DNA from: Nitrospirota bacterium
GTDB taxonomy: Bacteria > Nitrospirota > JACRHJ01
DNA: 19,770 bases
Reading direction: 5' to 3'
Assembly (NCBI GenBank): GCA_963845245.1
Contig: CAWJRJ010000001.1
Span: 1 to 19,770, forward strand
Shown here: piece by piece, positions 17,818 through 19,770 of the stretch
Layout: each line of letters begins with the position of its first letter
Numbering within the stretch: position 1 is the first letter of the stretch
Notes under the pieces: generated by a model
Told to the model about the DNA's origin: nothing
The model's input: the letters and a program-made list of their open reading frames with translations, nothing else
The model's database searches: none
Translations under genes and position numbers: made by a program

Positions 17818-18570
17818 ATGGAGTGGAAAACAGTATCGGGAGGCTCTGGCTCTATTATTGAAATTAATAATATTGAAGACGGTGATGGAAAAAGAATAGC
17901 CCATAAACGTTTTTTGACGGATGTATCAAAAAGATTCGCAAAAGAATGTAAACTATTTCATAATGAAGTTGGAGATTTGCCTTATATTTATAGTGAACGA
18001 CAAGTCCACTCCGCACTTTTTCCAGCAATACAAAAAGTTTCTGATGTCACTTTTTTAGAACAGCCAATTGACAGAAAGAGGAAAATTGGTAAGAAGAAAG
18101 ACGGTCATGGATGGGTTGATTATTGGGTCGAATACGGACAAAATGTTTTCTTAATAGAATTAAAACATTCATGGTTAAGTTATAAGAATATAAAACTTAA
18201 TGCGTATGACAATAAAGGAACATGGAAAGAATTACTTACTCAATTAAAATCTATTAAAAATTCTGATGCTAGATTCTTGGCAGATAAAAGCTGTAACGTA
18301 ATAAAAATGGGACTAATGATTATGCCGTTGTATTCCAACTCTAAAAATGAAGAAAGTGAACATTTAAATAAAGGAGAAGCTTTAGAAATGCTTAATAGAG
18401 TTCAGCATGAGTTGGATGCTGATTGGAGTTGTTTTTGGCATGCTCCCAAAACAATTTTAACAGAATCGTTTCCCTATTATGAAGATGGTAAAAAAGCTTA
18501 CTCAAAATATCCTGGAGTCATTTTAGCCTCGTGCGTAAATAGCATAGGTAAGGGAACTTACGAGATTTAA
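17818..18570 (+). CDS. AT-rich hypothetical protein with PD-(D/E)xK nuclease-like motif
   Basis: RBS AGGAGG then ATG 17818. YSERQVHS (helix Glu), LEQP, GWVDYW...FLIELKH (D...ExK). Composition is sharply more AT-rich than the flanks. Confidence 0.65.
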   Translation: MEWKTVSGGSGSIIEINNIEDGDGKRIAHKRFLTDVSKRFAKECKLFHNEVGDLPYIYSERQVHSALFPAIQKVSDVTFLEQPIDRKRKIGKKKDGHGWVDYWVEYGQNVFLIELKHSWLSYKNIKLNAYDNKGTWKELLTQLKSIKNSDARFLADKSCNVIKMGLMIMPLYSNSKNEESEHLNKGEALEMLNRVQHELDADWSCFWHAPKTILTESFPYYEDGKKAYSKYPGVILASCVNSIGKGTYEI

Positions 18571-18574
18571 ATAG

Positions 18575-18601
18575 AGGGCCGACACACAGGTCGGCCCCTA
18601 C
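18575..18601 (-). repeat. GTAG-family REP 2
   Basis: Minus strand GTAG-GGGCCGAC-CTGTGT-GTCGGCCC-T, inverted relative to REP 1. Confidence 0.9.
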
Positions 18602-18610
18602 AAAAGGTGG

Positions 18611-19129
18611 ATGATTATAAGAGGTCCAAGAAAAAGGCTGCGATTTGAGGGCTATAATTACTCACAGGAAGGTCTGTATTTTGTGACCATCTGCGTCCAT
18701 AACCGTGAATTGCTTTTAGAGGTGCCGCACGTTTCCGTTATGATTGAAAAATATTGGACTGATGTCCCGAATAAATATTGTCACATAATATTAGACGATT
18801 TTGTCATAATGCCGAATCATTTTCACGGCATTATACAAATTGTAGGGGCCGACCTATGTGTCGGCCCTGAATTAAATACAAATGCTCCTGTAAATGAAAC
18901 ACTGCCGCGCATAATGAAGTGGTTCAAATCACAGACCACGAATGCCTATCTTAGAGGTATAAGGCATGATGGCTGGCAGCCATTTAACGGCAGCTTATGG
19001 CAGCGCGGCTATCATGACAGGGTCATTCGTGATGAAGATGAATTGAATACTATAAGGTTGTACATTCAGGAAAATCCGAATAAATGGCAGGAAGATATCG
19101 AGAACCCATTAAGAAGGGCCGACACATAG
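18611..19129 (+). CDS. rayT: REP-associated tyrosine transposase (RAYT, Y1 HUH, IS200-like)
   Basis: LRFEGYNYSQEGLYFVTIC, HUH motif MPNHFHGII, WQRGYHDRVIR, and catalytic Tyr in YIQENP. Flanked by and containing REPs. Confidence 0.92.
   Translation: MIIRGPRKRLRFEGYNYSQEGLYFVTICVHNRELLLEVPHVSVMIEKYWTDVPNKYCHIILDDFVIMPNHFHGIIQIVGADLCVGPELNTNAPVNETLPRIMKWFKSQTTNAYLRGIRHDGWQPFNGSLWQRGYHDRVIRDEDELNTIRLYIQENPNKWQEDIENPLRRADT
18842..18868 (+). repeat. GTAG-family REP 3, in frame inside rayT
   Basis: GTAG-GGGCCGAC-CTATGT-GTCGGCCC-T, translated as VGADLCVGP just after the HUH motif. Confidence 0.9.
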
Positions 19130-19141
19130 GTCGGCCCCTAC
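19115..19141 (-). repeat. GTAG-family REP 4
   Basis: Exact reverse complement of REP 3. Contains the rayT stop codon TAG (19127-19129). Confidence 0.9.
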
Positions 19142-19156
19142 AATAGGAAATATAAC

Positions 19157-19770
19157 ATGAAGGTTTTAATTATTTCCCCGGAAGGCCGCCACACCGCTGT
19201 CGGCAAAAAGTTTAAGTTCCCGTTCCCGACGGCTGGTGCGCCGATGGTCGCGGCGCTGTCGCCTGCCGATTGTGATGTGCGGATAATCGACGAGATCGTC
19301 GAGGACATAAACTTCGACGAGAAGGCGGACATCGTCGCCATATCGTCCATGACCCCGATGGCATCGCGTGCGTACGAGATTGCTGCTGAGTTTCGGAAGC
19401 GCGGGGTGGCCGTGATAATGGGCGGGATACACCCGTCGGCATGCCCGGACGAGGCGGCGGAGCATTGCGACTCGGTAATCATAGGCGAGGCGGAAGACCT
19501 CTGGCCGCAGGCAATTGAGGACTTCAAGAACGGGCGGCTCCAGAAGATTTACAAGAAGGATTATCTCCACCCGCTGACCGCACTGCCGCAGCCGCGCTGG
19601 GACCTTCTGCGTACCGACAAGTACTTCCCCATCACGATTGTGGAGACATCACGCGGATGCCCGCACAACTGCGACTTCTGCGCCGTGACGACATTCTATG
19701 GCGGCAAGTACCGCACGCGCCCGGTGGAGGAGGTGGAGAACGAGATAAGCCCTGCTCGGGACGCGACTCT
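19157..19770 (+). CDS. Cobalamin-dependent radical SAM enzyme 3 (partial, runs off window; not in ORF track)
   Basis: ATG 19157 is open to the end: MKVLIISP...ADIVAISSMT...RAYEIA...MGGIHPS...IGEAEDLW...PRWDLL...ETSRGCPHNCDFC...RTRPVEEV. Confidence 0.92.
   Translation, partial: MKVLIISPEGRHTAVGKKFKFPFPTAGAPMVAALSPADCDVRIIDEIVEDINFDEKADIVAISSMTPMASRAYEIAAEFRKRGVAVIMGGIHPSACPDEAAEHCDSVIIGEAEDLWPQAIEDFKNGRLQKIYKKDYLHPLTALPQPRWDLLRTDKYFPITIVETSRGCPHNCDFCAVTTFYGGKYRTRPVEEVENEISPARDAT

Noticed and set aside
17729..19141. 27-bp palindromic repeats as CRISPR repeats or simple terminators
   Set aside because: Alternating orientation, irregular spacing of hundreds of bp, a GTAG foot and an adjacent RAYT identify them as REPs. 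There are no U-tracts.

Overview
Most of the window (about 815-19770) is bacterial DNA, probably from an anaerobe (Nitrospirota/Desulfobacterota-like gene content; inference). It carries many single-base indels typical of an unpolished long read. Positions 1-~810 look unrelated: a 156-bp dimeric tandem repeat resembling animal satellite/Helitron-type repeats, joined abruptly into the middle of a large OmpB/MofA-type multicopper oxidase gene (probable chimera). On the minus strand, an operon ubiD(mqnL) ... UDG-like - ubiA(mqnP) - ubiX - era is interrupted by an AT-rich 2.2-kb mosaic of broken defence-type genes, including a HEPN-motif gene and a TIR gene whose core is replaced by a foreign fragment. 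On the plus strand, a perfect sigma70 promoter drives a lipid/polyketide cluster: an active FabF ketosynthase, a catalytically dead FabF (chain-length-factor-like), a phytoene-desaturase-family FAD enzyme, a hotdog thioesterase and at least three B12-dependent radical SAM enzymes. This architecture echoes the proposed anammox ladderane operon. Inserted in this cluster are a 141-nt hairpin element and a RAYT transposase with four GTAG-type REPs, two of which bracket an AT-rich PD-(D/E)xK nuclease-like cargo gene.
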